Source: Arenicellales bacterium (GTDB lineage: Bacteria; Pseudomonadota; Gammaproteobacteria; Arenicellales; JAJDZL01). Taken from it: DNA of 64,000 nucleotides. The position numbers were made by a program, and so were the translations under genes. The first letter of the stretch is position 1; every line of letters begins with the position of its first letter. Location of the stretch: NCBI GenBank assembly GCA_965205205.1, contig CBDBFX010000002.1, forward strand, positions 1,309,506 to 1,373,505, written 5' to 3'. The notes beneath the pieces were generated by a model. It did not search any database, was not told where the DNA came from, and saw only the letters and a program-made list of their open reading frames with translations. Positions 40,020 through 49,739 of the stretch are shown piece after piece.

Positions 40020-40631
40020 TCACCTTATAATGTCACCCACGAATGGCTGATGCGGGATATCATCGTTTCGGCTCTCAATAAATCGTTCCAGAGCCACGCG
40101 AATCACTGGAAACGCCAGTTTCTGCCAAGGAATTTCTTCCAGCGAAAAAAGTTTCGTATCAAGGCTCTCCGCACCCGGTGAATGCATCGGAGTTTTCAAA
40201 TCCGCTTTGAATATGACGTACACTTGGCTGACATGAGGAATGTTGTACAGCGCAAATAATTCATCGACTTCCACAACTGCACAGGCTTCTTCCATGGTTT
40301 CTCGCACCGCCGCCGCAGTCGTGGTCTCACCCAACTCCATGAATCCCGCCGGAATGGTCCACAGTCCGTATCTAGGCTCAATCGCGCGCCTGCAGAGCAG
40401 GACCTTCTCCTGCCAGGTCACGATGCAGCCGGCTACTATCTTGGGATTTTGGTAATGAACCGTACCACAATCATCGCAAACAAATCGCATCACGTTGTCG
40501 CCAGGCGGGATGCGCCTAGATACCGTTACACCGCATTGGCCACAATATTTAACTTCCACGATTCTACCTGCCACGGGACTATCGATCCTTAATGATGACT
40601 GACTGTTCTGTGGATTCTGTTCAATCCACAC
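40020..40631 (-). CDS. NUDIX hydrolase with N-terminal zinc ribbon
   Basis: NUDIX box GFMELGETTTAAAVRETMEEA, preceded by CGQCG...CDDCG. GTG start. Confidence 0.85.
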   Translation of the reverse strand: MWIEQNPQNSQSSLRIDSPVAGRIVEVKYCGQCGVTVSRRIPPGDNVMRFVCDDCGTVHYQNPKIVAGCIVTWQEKVLLCRRAIEPRYGLWTIPAGFMELGETTTAAAVRETMEEACAVVEVDELFALYNIPHVSQVYVIFKADLKTPMHSPGAESLDTKLFSLEEIPWQKLAFPVIRVALERFIESRNDDIPHQPFVGDIIR

Positions 40632-40647
40632 CCATTATGGCGGCGAA

Positions 40648-41580
40648 ATGACAACCGTTTTGATCACCGTGCCATTTTTTGCCGTCATTGCCTGTGGTTT
40701 CTGGGCCACTCACCAAAATATACTAAACTCTGAAGGTAGATCCGGTCTCAATCGCTTTGTCTACTATTTCGCACTGCCGGTTCTCATTTTTTCACTGATG
40801 GCCAAAGCCGATCTGCGCGGTGAATTTCAATGGCTATTCGTCGCCGCCTACGTCTCGGTCTCACTCCTGCTGTTTGCGGTGTGCCTGGCTGTCGGACGGT
40901 TGTTTTTTCAGCTCGACTGCAATTTGCGCGTCGTTTTTGCGACCGCCTGTGTCTACGGCAATACCGGTTATCTGGGTTTACCATTCGTAACCATCGCCTT
41001 CGGCCAGGCCGCGAGCGTTCCGATTGTCATCTGTACCACAGTCGATCTGGCTGTCATACTGCCTTTGGCGTCGACACTGCTGGCGCGGAACAAAGCGGCA
41101 CCCAGCGCCGGTCAGAGCGAGACATACAAAACAACCGCGCATTCCCTTTTACTCAATCCACTCCTGATCGCCGTCACATTGGGCGTGCTGTTTTCGCTTT
41201 CGGATCTTGAAATGCCACAGGTGGCCGACTCATTCTTCGTTCTACTGGGTTCGGCCGCGGCACCGTGCGCCTTATTTGCTCTGGGATCCAGTCTGGATGA
41301 GGATAGAGCCGGTTTCATGCAGGCTGAAATTATGACGATCAGTTTCATTAAGCTGATCATTCATCCGCTGCTACTGTGGTCGGTCATGTTTCACTGGTTC
41401 CCGATCAATGACATATGGGCGCGCAGTGCCGTCATTGCGGCCGCCATGCCAGTCGCTGTTACCGTATACGTATTGGCTCAGCAGCATCAGACTTATGTCG
41501 GGCGAACTTCCGCTTCAATTCTGATTTCCACCATATTCTCAGTGGCCACCCTAGCGTTCGTACTGAACCAGATTAACTGA
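40648..41580 (+). CDS. AEC (auxin efflux carrier) family transporter
   Basis: 310 aa with about 10 hydrophobic helices arranged in the two-repeat pattern of AEC permeases. Confidence 0.75.
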   Translation: MTTVLITVPFFAVIACGFWATHQNILNSEGRSGLNRFVYYFALPVLIFSLMAKADLRGEFQWLFVAAYVSVSLLLFAVCLAVGRLFFQLDCNLRVVFATACVYGNTGYLGLPFVTIAFGQAASVPIVICTTVDLAVILPLASTLLARNKAAPSAGQSETYKTTAHSLLLNPLLIAVTLGVLFSLSDLEMPQVADSFFVLLGSAAAPCALFALGSSLDEDRAGFMQAEIMTISFIKLIIHPLLLWSVMFHWFPINDIWARSAVIAAAMPVAVTVYVLAQQHQTYVGRTSASILISTIFSVATLAFVLNQIN

Positions 41581-41720
41581 ACCCGTTGCGCCTTACGGCC
41601 CATCGGTGCCGGACACCGAGCCGCCCCCGATACGCAATTCTCTGCCGGTCCTGCACCATTTCGAACTGTATCTTCGACCGACCGATTGTGCTGCAATCTA
41701 ATGAAATGGTTCACTGATTA

Positions 41721-42003
41721 ATGGAAATGAACAAGCTCAGACGGTTGGTCCATTCCACAACATCCGCGAGCAGGATCACTACTGTGTTGACCATACGCCT
41801 TACTTATGGCACCTGGCCAGAAGACCTGGATGCTATTTTCGTCCCCATGCCGAGCGCTTCGGGAAGACGCTGCTGGCGGACGCGATGAAGGCACTGTTCG
41901 AGAGCATGAATGAACGGTTCCAAGGCTTCACATCCGCCGCGACCGGATGGTCCGATGTGCGGATGGCATTTCTTGGTGGAGTTAGGCGGACGAACCGAGT
42001 GCT
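41721..42003 (+). pseudogene. degraded N-terminal fragment of the ATPase/PD-(D/E)XK gene family (copy 3)
   Basis: It shares the upstream region and the ATGGAAATGAACAAGCTC start with copy 2. RFGKTLLADAMKALFE is readable only after frameshifts, and it is truncated after about 280 nt. Confidence 0.65.
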
Positions 42004-42278
42004 CAGCTGTCTTTTTTGAAACGGGCCACTCAATTAGTTCAACTCTTTCCCGGCCCTTTCCAGATCGGCGGGCGGCAGTCAGTCAGACAGGCTGGTGTTT
42101 CTCAGTTGCTGGACCATTATCTGGATGGTGTTCCGTTCAGCATAATGTGCCATAGCGCTTGGTATTGCGAATCACGGTCGCCGACTGTCGGTGAGGGGTC
42201 TCGGATGCCGAATGCGGACAGGGAGGGACCACGAATTGAAGACGTTTGAGATCAAGCGATACGCTTCTGAATCAAGTT

Positions 42279-42541
42279 CAGAAATCCTGACCTAAGCCAA
42301 TTATTATGATCAATATTCCAACTGTGAAGCAGACTGACGCGTCCATCGGTCGGCCGATTTTCAACGGCCGTTCCTCGTCCTTGACCTGAACTTTCAGTGG
42401 TGACGGATGACAGATCCGATACTACGGTACCGTCAGCCGGGACCGACTCGATTGTCGGCTGGATAACATCAATCCACTGCTTTGACAGACCGGTCCATCA
42501 GTGGACGACTGTCGATATCGACTGCCATGTCGTGAAGTCTA
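42279..42541 (-). repeat. copy B of the repeat family (internally deleted)
   Basis: Same termini and core as copy A. It lacks about 75 nt present in copies A and D. Confidence 0.8.
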
Positions 42542-43095
42542 AAGCTGTATTCGACTCCGCTCAATGGAAACTGGAAGAGGACTTCAGAAACGGTTGCTTA
42601 CCAATATCCTTTGGAAAAGGTACAGAATTGGCACGAGCGGCTTTCAGGAAATGGTCGGAATCTGCTTGAGATGAATATTGCCGATCAACTGAAAAATGTG
42701 TGATTCGAATACACCTTTCTAACCATTGCCTGATCAGTTGTGATTGTCATCGGGGTTGCCAGATGGTTCAGTTTTTAACGTGTCTGACTGAAGATGCATT
42801 TCGATCTCATTGGGTAGCAGGTCAAAACCGAAATCGGACCTGAAAAACATCGGTCGCAGCAACCAATTTGAACACGGTGGCCTTCTGACCGCTGTTGCCG
42901 CGTTGGCATCCTGTGGAAATTCGCACTTCTGATGCCGATGCAGAAAAATCCATCATTGGCTCTGGTGCTCGCGGCAATGGAAATGGTGAAAGGTACGGAG
43001 GATGGTCATCAAGCGGCGATGGACGGTGTCATTGGCGTCTATTGAGGTCTTAAATCGGTTGGATGTTGATGGCCTTCTGAACACCTTTCACCTGT

Positions 43096-44676
43096 TCAGG
43101 CTCTTTCTACCCGAAGCGCCGCCAGATTGCGATTCTTCCGACTGAACACCACCGCCAGCAGATGCACCTTGCGCCCGCGGCTCTGATGCGGCAATGCATA
43201 ATTCTTCCCGCGCATCTGCGCCATAGCCTCCAACACCTTCGACTCCACCTTCTCATCCACAGCCGCCACCTTGAACTCCAGCACGAACACCTCGCCGCCC
43301 GTGTGCACCACCAGATCCGCCCGCCCCTCAGCCGACGACTGCTCCGCACTCACCTCCACACCGTTGGCGATGAAACAGGCGAACAGCAGACCCGCATAAA
43401 ACGCCTCATAGCGCGACACCTCGCTGCTCGAATACCACTCGTTCGGAACGTTCGCATAAAAAGATCGCAGCTCCGCCGCGAAACCATCGAAGTCATTGAC
43501 CTGCAGCAGTCGGATCAGCTCTTCACCCCGGTCCGACGCCTCCTTCAGCTTCCCGGTGACCGTCTCCACCAGTTCCTCGTTCAGACTCAGGCGCACCTCG
43601 TGGTTCGGATATTTCAGAGGGTAGTAGACCCTGGAACCCCGAACCTGTCGGTCGGCGATCGTCAGATAGCCACACTGAAACAGCAGCGCATTGAGGTTGA
43701 CGCGCTCGACATCGAAATTTGACAGCTCCTTGCCATACAGGCCCAAGTTCTCCAGGTCCAGAGTGTTCAGCCCGCCCCTGGCCAGCCGGTCATGCAGATA
43801 ACTCGGCGTGCCGGTTTTATACCAGTAGGACTCGAACTGTCTTTTTCGGAACAGCAGCAGCACGTCGAAGGGATTGTAGACATCTTCCTCGCCGAGCCAG
43901 CTGTAGCCGTTGTACCACTTCCTGATGGCCTTTCGGTCCAGCTTCGGCAGTTCCGGTGCGAACACCGCGTCGAGGTCCGCGTCCGTATAGCCACAGATGG
44001 TGCCATACTCCGGGTCCAGACTGATGTCGTCCAGATTGTTCAGCCCCGAGAACAGACTCACCTTCGAATACATGCTGATGCCGGTTACGAATACGAAACG
44101 GACATGACGGGCGCAGTCCTTGATGATGCCGTACAGGCCGCGCAGGTAATCGCGGTTGGCTCTGACCAGTGTCCTGTTCTCCAGCGCATCCAGGATCGGC
44201 TTGTCGTACTCGTCCACCAGCACCACCACCTGCCGGCCAGTGGTACGATGTAGCGCACGGATGACATGGCGCAGACGCACCGCGCCGAGGCGGGTCGGTG
44301 GAGAAGATTCAAGACCTGCATCTTCCTCTATGGCGGACAGCTGCTCGCTGATGTCACTTTCCAATCCATCCGATTCGCGGTAATCGCCGCCGAAGCTCAG
44401 CCGCACCACCGGATGACGGACGGACCAGTCCCAGTGATCGTGGATGTGAAGCCCGCGGAACAGCTCTTCACTCCCCTCGAACAGCTCCTGCATCGTGTCC
44501 ACCAGCAGCGTCTTCCCGAACCGCCGCGGCCGCGACAGGAAATAGTATCCGGGCCTGCTGGCCAATCGCCATATGTGAGGCGTCTTGTCCACATAGTAGC
44601 AATCCCATTCTCTGATTAGTCGAAAGGCCGAATAGCCGACTGGTAGGTTAAGCTTGTTCATTTCCATTCCATTCAA
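43096..44676 (-). CDS. fused P-loop ATPase / PD-(D/E)XK nuclease protein, copy 2
   Basis: 526 aa, paralog of 29691-31289. Homology to copy 1 begins at the third Met (MNKL, ATG 44661). Same Walker motifs, and RADLVV...VLEFKV as the nuclease motif. Confidence 0.8.
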   Translation of the reverse strand: MNGMEMNKLNLPVGYSAFRLIREWDCYYVDKTPHIWRLASRPGYYFLSRPRRFGKTLLVDTMQELFEGSEELFRGLHIHDHWDWSVRHPVVRLSFGGDYRESDGLESDISEQLSAIEEDAGLESSPPTRLGAVRLRHVIRALHRTTGRQVVVLVDEYDKPILDALENRTLVRANRDYLRGLYGIIKDCARHVRFVFVTGISMYSKVSLFSGLNNLDDISLDPEYGTICGYTDADLDAVFAPELPKLDRKAIRKWYNGYSWLGEEDVYNPFDVLLLFRKRQFESYWYKTGTPSYLHDRLARGGLNTLDLENLGLYGKELSNFDVERVNLNALLFQCGYLTIADRQVRGSRVYYPLKYPNHEVRLSLNEELVETVTGKLKEASDRGEELIRLLQVNDFDGFAAELRSFYANVPNEWYSSSEVSRYEAFYAGLLFACFIANGVEVSAEQSSAEGRADLVVHTGGEVFVLEFKVAAVDEKVESKVLEAMAQMRGKNYALPHQSRGRKVHLLAVVFSRKNRNLAALRVERA

Positions 44677-44944
44677 CGACCCGTCTTCTGATATTGTAGT
44701 TGATTAATGCCACCGATTCCACGAACGGTTCCATTCAGCAACAGTTCACAGAGACTCAGCATGAGGCGGCGGACACCAGCCAGACCCTATTGGAATGGGG
44801 CTGATTGATCCGAAGACGGATCGCGTACACCCTGCGGCTTCACTCTAATTTTCGTCGCAGAACGATTCGAAATGGATCGGAGAGGTGTCATTTAACGCTG
44901 TGCCCGATATGTTTAGGGCACCTGATAACGTCAACAGGATGAGT

Positions 44945-45228
44945 TAGAGATCCTGCTCCAATCCAATTATCAGGATGACCATTCCACCTGTAAAGCAGAC
45001 CGACGCGTCCATCGGATGACCGATTTTCAACAGCCGTTGCGCGTTATTGATCTGAACTTTCAACGGCGCCCCGGCGGTTGATTTTCCCTTCCCCCATTTT
45101 TTCCGTCTGACCGTTCGGGACGACCTGATCGGACTCAATCGGCGGCTGGGGAACGTTAACCCACTGATTCGAAAATCCTCTCCAACAGTGAACGACTGTT
45201 GAAATCAACGACCATTTCAGGAAGTCTG
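44945..45228 (-). repeat. copy C of the repeat family
   Basis: Shares the termini (reverse complement CAGACTTCCTGA), the core cagaccgacgcgtccatcgg and the mini-ORF. It has an internal deletion. Confidence 0.8.
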
Positions 45229-45271
45229 AGCTTTAGTAACTGTGACCGAAACCGAATACACTCCATAAATT

Positions 45272-45613
45272 CAGAGTTCCTGATCTAATCCAATTATTAT
45301 GATATATATTCCAACTGTGCAACAGACTGACGCGTCCATCGGGCCGCCGATTTTCAACAGCCATTCCGCGTCCTTGACTTGAACATTCCGCGGTGACAGT
45401 TGATCAGTCTGTTACTACAAGTACGGTCGGCCGGGGTCCGCCTCACCCATTGACAGTGGCGGCCCGTCAAGGCGGCGGTTGATTTTTCCGTTACGCCTTT
45501 CGGGATGTCCGAATCGGGCTTGATCGGCGGTTGGAGGATATTAACTTACTGAATTGACAGACCTATCCATCAGTGAATGAATGTTGAAATTGACTACCAT
45601 GTCAGGAAGTCTG
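45272..45613 (-). repeat. copy D of the repeat family, tandem to copy C
   Basis: Full-length copy 43 bp from copy C. The termini are CAGAGTTCCTGA and the reverse complement CAGACTTCCTGA. Confidence 0.8.
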
Positions 45614-45786
45614 AAGTTTGGAATGGGAACATCCCCAATCTCTGAGAAACTGTTGCTGTCAATGCTACGGTCATTCGAATAAATCAGCTGTCGAAATCAG
45701 GGCATCCCTGTTGATTAATATTGCCACCATCATCAGAAACGATTCGGGTATTCGCGCCCGACCAAATGACCTGAAATTCAAGAGCC

Positions 45787-46530
45787 GTGCATTTACTCCT
45801 TGACATTGGCAACCAGAATGTGAAATGGCGCTTCGATGATCGTTGCGGATCGTTTCCATCAATCCGTCTGAAGCAGATTTCTGATTCAGTTCTTGCGCAG
45901 ATTGATTCGGTGTCAGGCATCGTTTTCATCAATGTCGCAGAACCGATTTATGCGGAATGGCTGCGACGTTATGCGGCATCGAAATGGGGTGTCGATGCAG
46001 TTCAGGTGTTTTCAGTTTCAGAACAGTGCGGGGTGCGGAACGGTTATCACAAAGCCGAAGAATTGGGTGCCGACCGATGGGCGGCGACCATTGGCGCCTG
46101 GTCAATCTGTTCGGATGCCGCGGTCATTGTGGATTGTGGAACGGCAATCACCGTGGACGCGCTTTCGGCACAAGGCGAATTCATTGGCGGCTCAATTCTA
46201 CCCGGCTTCGAGCTGGCGCGGGACTCGCTCTCGCAACGCACGCCGGGAATCGGTGCGTTTGACGGACTCGCGTCTGATTTCCCCGCCCGCAGTACAATTG
46301 ACGCGGTCTCAAGCGGGGTAGTCTACGCACTGATGGGAGGAATCGATCTTCTGGTGCAAAAATACAGCGCACTGGTGGGCGATAATCCGAAACTTCTGCT
46401 GACTGGCGGTGCTTCCTCCATCGTCGCTGACGAATCAACGCACAAATTTGAACAGACACCGAATCTTCCGCTGCTTGGCCTTCAGGTCATCTCGAACGCC
46501 TTATTCAACAATCCATCCAATGATCCATGA
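45787..46530 (+). CDS. coaX: type III pantothenate kinase
   Basis: 247 aa with a GTG start. The N-terminal LLLDIGNQNVKW is typical of CoaX. Confidence 0.88.
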   Translation: MHLLLDIGNQNVKWRFDDRCGSFPSIRLKQISDSVLAQIDSVSGIVFINVAEPIYAEWLRRYAASKWGVDAVQVFSVSEQCGVRNGYHKAEELGADRWAATIGAWSICSDAAVIVDCGTAITVDALSAQGEFIGGSILPGFELARDSLSQRTPGIGAFDGLASDFPARSTIDAVSSGVVYALMGGIDLLVQKYSALVGDNPKLLLTGGASSIVADESTHKFEQTPNLPLLGLQVISNALFNNPSNDP

Positions 46531-46880
46531 CAGACCGTTCAATGAAACCCATCGATGAGCACCAACGGCGCGTGATCAGCGTCAAAGACGGAACATTCCT
46601 GCCATTGATCGACGATGACGGCCGCAAAGATGGCGAGGTGCTGCAGGTCAATCCAAACAGGAAACCAGGCTACGGATTTCACATCTATCGGATGCCAGCC
46701 GGACATACGACGACTCCGCACGTCCATCAGGGTGATGAGGAATTTTTCATCATTGAAGGCGAAATCATCGATCACGACGGCTACCGCTACAGAGCGGGCG
46801 ACCTTGTATGGCTGGAAGCAAATACAAAACACCACTCATACTCTCCGGAAGGCGCACTACTGGTGGTGTATTTCCGGTGA
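46527..46880 (+). CDS. cupin-domain protein
   Basis: 117 aa with the His-rich cupin motifs TPHVHQGDEEFFIIEG and TKHHSYS. It overlaps the coaX stop codon by 4 nt. Confidence 0.7.
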   Translation: MTDRSMKPIDEHQRRVISVKDGTFLPLIDDDGRKDGEVLQVNPNRKPGYGFHIYRMPAGHTTTPHVHQGDEEFFIIEGEIIDHDGYRYRAGDLVWLEANTKHHSYSPEGALLVVYFR

Positions 46881-46950
46881 GAAGCGTATTTTTCTCGTCG
46901 TATGCTGAGTGGGAACGGGCAATTTTGTTGACTGACAGACTGATTGAACG

Positions 46951-48321
46951 GTGAGACCCTCTCGTTTCAATCAATTTTTCAATTCCGTCGCCGATGCCGG
47001 CAAGGAAATCCTACGCACAGGCAGCCGATTTACGAGAGATCGAACGAAGTCTCTGCCTGACCTGTGTCGAGAGCTGCTGTCAACCCAGGGTGAGGCATCG
47101 GGAATGGCCATTGCACGCGATATCATCGATCAATATCGCGAACTTGATGATACGAGCCGACGGCAGCTGTTTCAGTCACTCAACGACGAATTTGGCGTTG
47201 ATATCGATGCAGTTCGCGCCGCCGCCGCAAATTTCTGTGATTCTCAGGACCCCATCTCACTCAGACAGCTCACACAGCGAGTTGAATCCAGGCGACACGA
47301 GCTGTTCAAACGGATCAATATGGCACCGGGTGGTACGGGTACGATTGTAGAAATGCGACGGGACCTGCTTACCGTGATCAACGAAAACACGCACCTTGAA
47401 CCCGTCGACTATGATTTAAAGGTCCTGCTGTCTTCCTGGTTCAATCGCGGGTTTCTGGTGCTGCGGCAGATTGATTGGGAAACGCCCGCTCACATTCTCG
47501 AAAAGCTGATCCAGTATGAGTCGGTACATGAAATGAAAGGCTGGCGCGACCTGCGCGGACGGCTCGCCGATGATCGAAGGTGTTTCGCATTTTTCCATCC
47601 TACCCTGCCTGACGAGCCGTTGATTTTCGTTGAAGTCGCTCTTGTACGGGGGCTGGCCGAATCCATTGAACCCATAATTGACGCCAGTCGATCAATGACC
47701 AATCCTCATCATGCAGATACGGCGGTCTTTTATTCCATCAATAACTGTCAACAGGGTCTAAAGGGCGTGTCGTTTGGAAACCTGCTCATCAAACAGGTGG
47801 TGCAGGAATTGTCCACTGAGTTCCCGAACCTGAAAAACTTTTCAACGCTGTCACCCATCCCGGGGTTTCAGGATTGGTTCAGAACAGTGATTGAGCGACA
47901 GGATCAGTATGCCATCGCACCGGCTGAACTGAAACGGATGGCCTCAGTACAAACTGAGGCTTGGTTCGAAGACGATGTGAATCTGCAGTCCATGAAACCA
48001 ACATTACTGGGGCTGATGGCGTTTTACCTGGCCTACGCCAGGAAAAAGGGTAAACCAATGGACCCCGTCGCCCGCTTTCATCTGAGAAATGGCGCCCGCC
48101 TGCAGCGCATCAACTGGCTTGGCGATCGTTCGGCCAAAGGTTTTCAGCAGTCAGCTGGAATGCTGGCCAACTACGTCTACAGTCCGGACGATATCGTCAG
48201 AAATCACGAAAATTATGTGCGGGATGGGAAACTCGCAATTTCCGGTAGAATTCTAGATCAGGTGCCACAAAAAATGCGACCCGTCCAATCAAAGCGGCCG
48301 AGCAGACGTTCAAGAAAATAA
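46951..48321 (+). CDS. malonyl-CoA decarboxylase
   Basis: 456 aa. FFHPTLPDEPLIFVEVAL and YSINNCQQGLKGVSFGNLLIKQVV match the conserved core of the MCD family. Confidence 0.85.
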   Translation: MRPSRFNQFFNSVADAGKEILRTGSRFTRDRTKSLPDLCRELLSTQGEASGMAIARDIIDQYRELDDTSRRQLFQSLNDEFGVDIDAVRAAAANFCDSQDPISLRQLTQRVESRRHELFKRINMAPGGTGTIVEMRRDLLTVINENTHLEPVDYDLKVLLSSWFNRGFLVLRQIDWETPAHILEKLIQYESVHEMKGWRDLRGRLADDRRCFAFFHPTLPDEPLIFVEVALVRGLAESIEPIIDASRSMTNPHHADTAVFYSINNCQQGLKGVSFGNLLIKQVVQELSTEFPNLKNFSTLSPIPGFQDWFRTVIERQDQYAIAPAELKRMASVQTEAWFEDDVNLQSMKPTLLGLMAFYLAYARKKGKPMDPVARFHLRNGARLQRINWLGDRSAKGFQQSAGMLANYVYSPDDIVRNHENYVRDGKLAISGRILDQVPQKMRPVQSKRPSRRSRK

Positions 48322-48703
48322 AGACCGGCCCGCGCTCGGAAGCAAAGATCCCAATCCGTACGAAAATATCCGATTGAGATCGTCAGTCGTCGACTCAGCG
48401 ATCACAGACAAGCAGGTGCTCGACTCAATACAGAGTCATGGTACATATTTTCCTGGGCTGTGCCTGCTGAGTTGACTCGAATGGAATTCGTTTCTCTACC
48501 GGCTGCAACTGGATGGCAGACAGTTACCGATCTATTCTGTCAGCTGCAGCTCGAACCGTACACCTGCCAAAAAAAACTCCAGCCAAATGCAATCCCGCGT
48601 ACCGCAAAAACTGGATGCAACGGTCAAGGTGGCTGACGCAGTCAGACTTCCGCGTTGGATGGTGTGTTGAGTCAGACCTGCTCCGCAAATATTGGTGACC
48701 GAT

Positions 48704-49471
48704 TCAGTCGCCTGACTTGGATGGGTGTTGACTGAGCGGACTGACCGAAATTCTTCCCACCACTTTGAGGTAATCGCTGATTCGAGTCAGCGTACAGTGT
48801 AGATAAAAACGACGTACCTGGACGGCGCCGCGAATGTCATCCCGTCTCATCGCCGAAATCATTTCCGAAATTTCAAGCTCCTGCTCAGATATGATTTCAT
48901 TCCATTTCAGATTGGGCAGAAACGTAATCCAGATGCGCGACGAACGATAGTACAGATTGTCCGTAATTTCGCGCAAAGGTATACTGCCAATCAATGAAAT
49001 CAGAACTTCGTGCAGATCATTGCAGAGCCGCCCATAGGCCTCACTGCTTCGCTCATCATACATGTGCATGGTCCGCGCCAGTAGGCTTTCCATGGCGTTG
49101 ATGTGCTCACCTGTAATTTCGCGCGGCGACAGTTCGGAAATCAGCTCAGTCAGGTACATTCGCAGGTCGTAGACCTCTTTCATGGTCTTAATGTCAATGT
49201 CGGTAACGACCGTACCAATTCCGTTGCGAATGTCAACCAGACCCTCGAAGTGCAACCGCTGAAGCACCCGTCGGATGGGTGTGCGACTGACATTGAATTC
49301 ATCCGCCAGTTCCGTTTCTACAATGACGGTATGAGGCGGGTAGTGGAGCAGTGAGATGCGCTCTCGAATCACCCGGTAGATTCTATGGTGACGCGCGCCC
49401 GCCGTTTCCCGTCCACCCGGTCCGGTAACAGAATTCAATGAATGCAGATCAACAAGCGACTGTTCTGGCAT
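48704..49471 (-). CDS. GntR-family (FCD-type) transcriptional regulator
   Basis: Winged-helix region ELADEFNVSRTPIRRVLQRL followed by a helical C-terminal effector domain. It is divergent from the ABC/eut operon. Confidence 0.85.
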   Translation of the reverse strand: MPEQSLVDLHSLNSVTGPGGRETAGARHHRIYRVIRERISLLHYPPHTVIVETELADEFNVSRTPIRRVLQRLHFEGLVDIRNGIGTVVTDIDIKTMKEVYDLRMYLTELISELSPREITGEHINAMESLLARTMHMYDERSSEAYGRLCNDLHEVLISLIGSIPLREITDNLYYRSSRIWITFLPNLKWNEIISEQELEISEMISAMRRDDIRGAVQVRRFYLHCTLTRISDYLKVVGRISVSPLSQHPSKSGD

Positions 49472-49618
49472 CGCGTTTTATGGCAAACCTCGCAGGTAAA
49501 ATTCTCGGTGTGCGGGTAAAGTGAATTTGAGCCGCCAGCAATGGTTCACATGCCGTTCAAATCACCCTGTATTCTTGTGACACAAATCAGATCCGATCCA
49601 TGATACAATATAATAATG

Positions 49619-49630
49619 GCTGTATACAGC
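49619..49630. promoter_or_regulatory. candidate GntR-type operator palindrome
   Basis: Perfect palindrome GCTGTATACAGC (GT-N-AC core) in the divergent intergenic region, just downstream of a TATAAT hexamer at 49609-49614. Confidence 0.4.
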
Positions 49631-49739
49631 TATTTTAACGGCAGATGATATCGGCGCAGGCTGTCCTTTTCAAGTCCAGTTTCAATTAGCCGACTGTTCA
49701 GTTGCCGATGGATCAAATATAATATGGGAGAATCAAATT

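Noticed and set aside
29691-44676. The idea that the two inverted ATPase/nuclease genes delimit a composite transposon or mobile island.
   Set aside because: The enclosed segment carries core genes (argS, priA, phaEC). No transposase or integrase is present and there are no shared terminal sequences beyond the genes themselves.
48600-48700. Sequence tcagacttccgcg / gagtcagacctgctcc downstream of the GntR gene, resembling the repeat-family terminus CAGACTTCCTGA.
   Set aside because: The match is only ~9-10 nt with no adjoining repeat body, so it could be chance.
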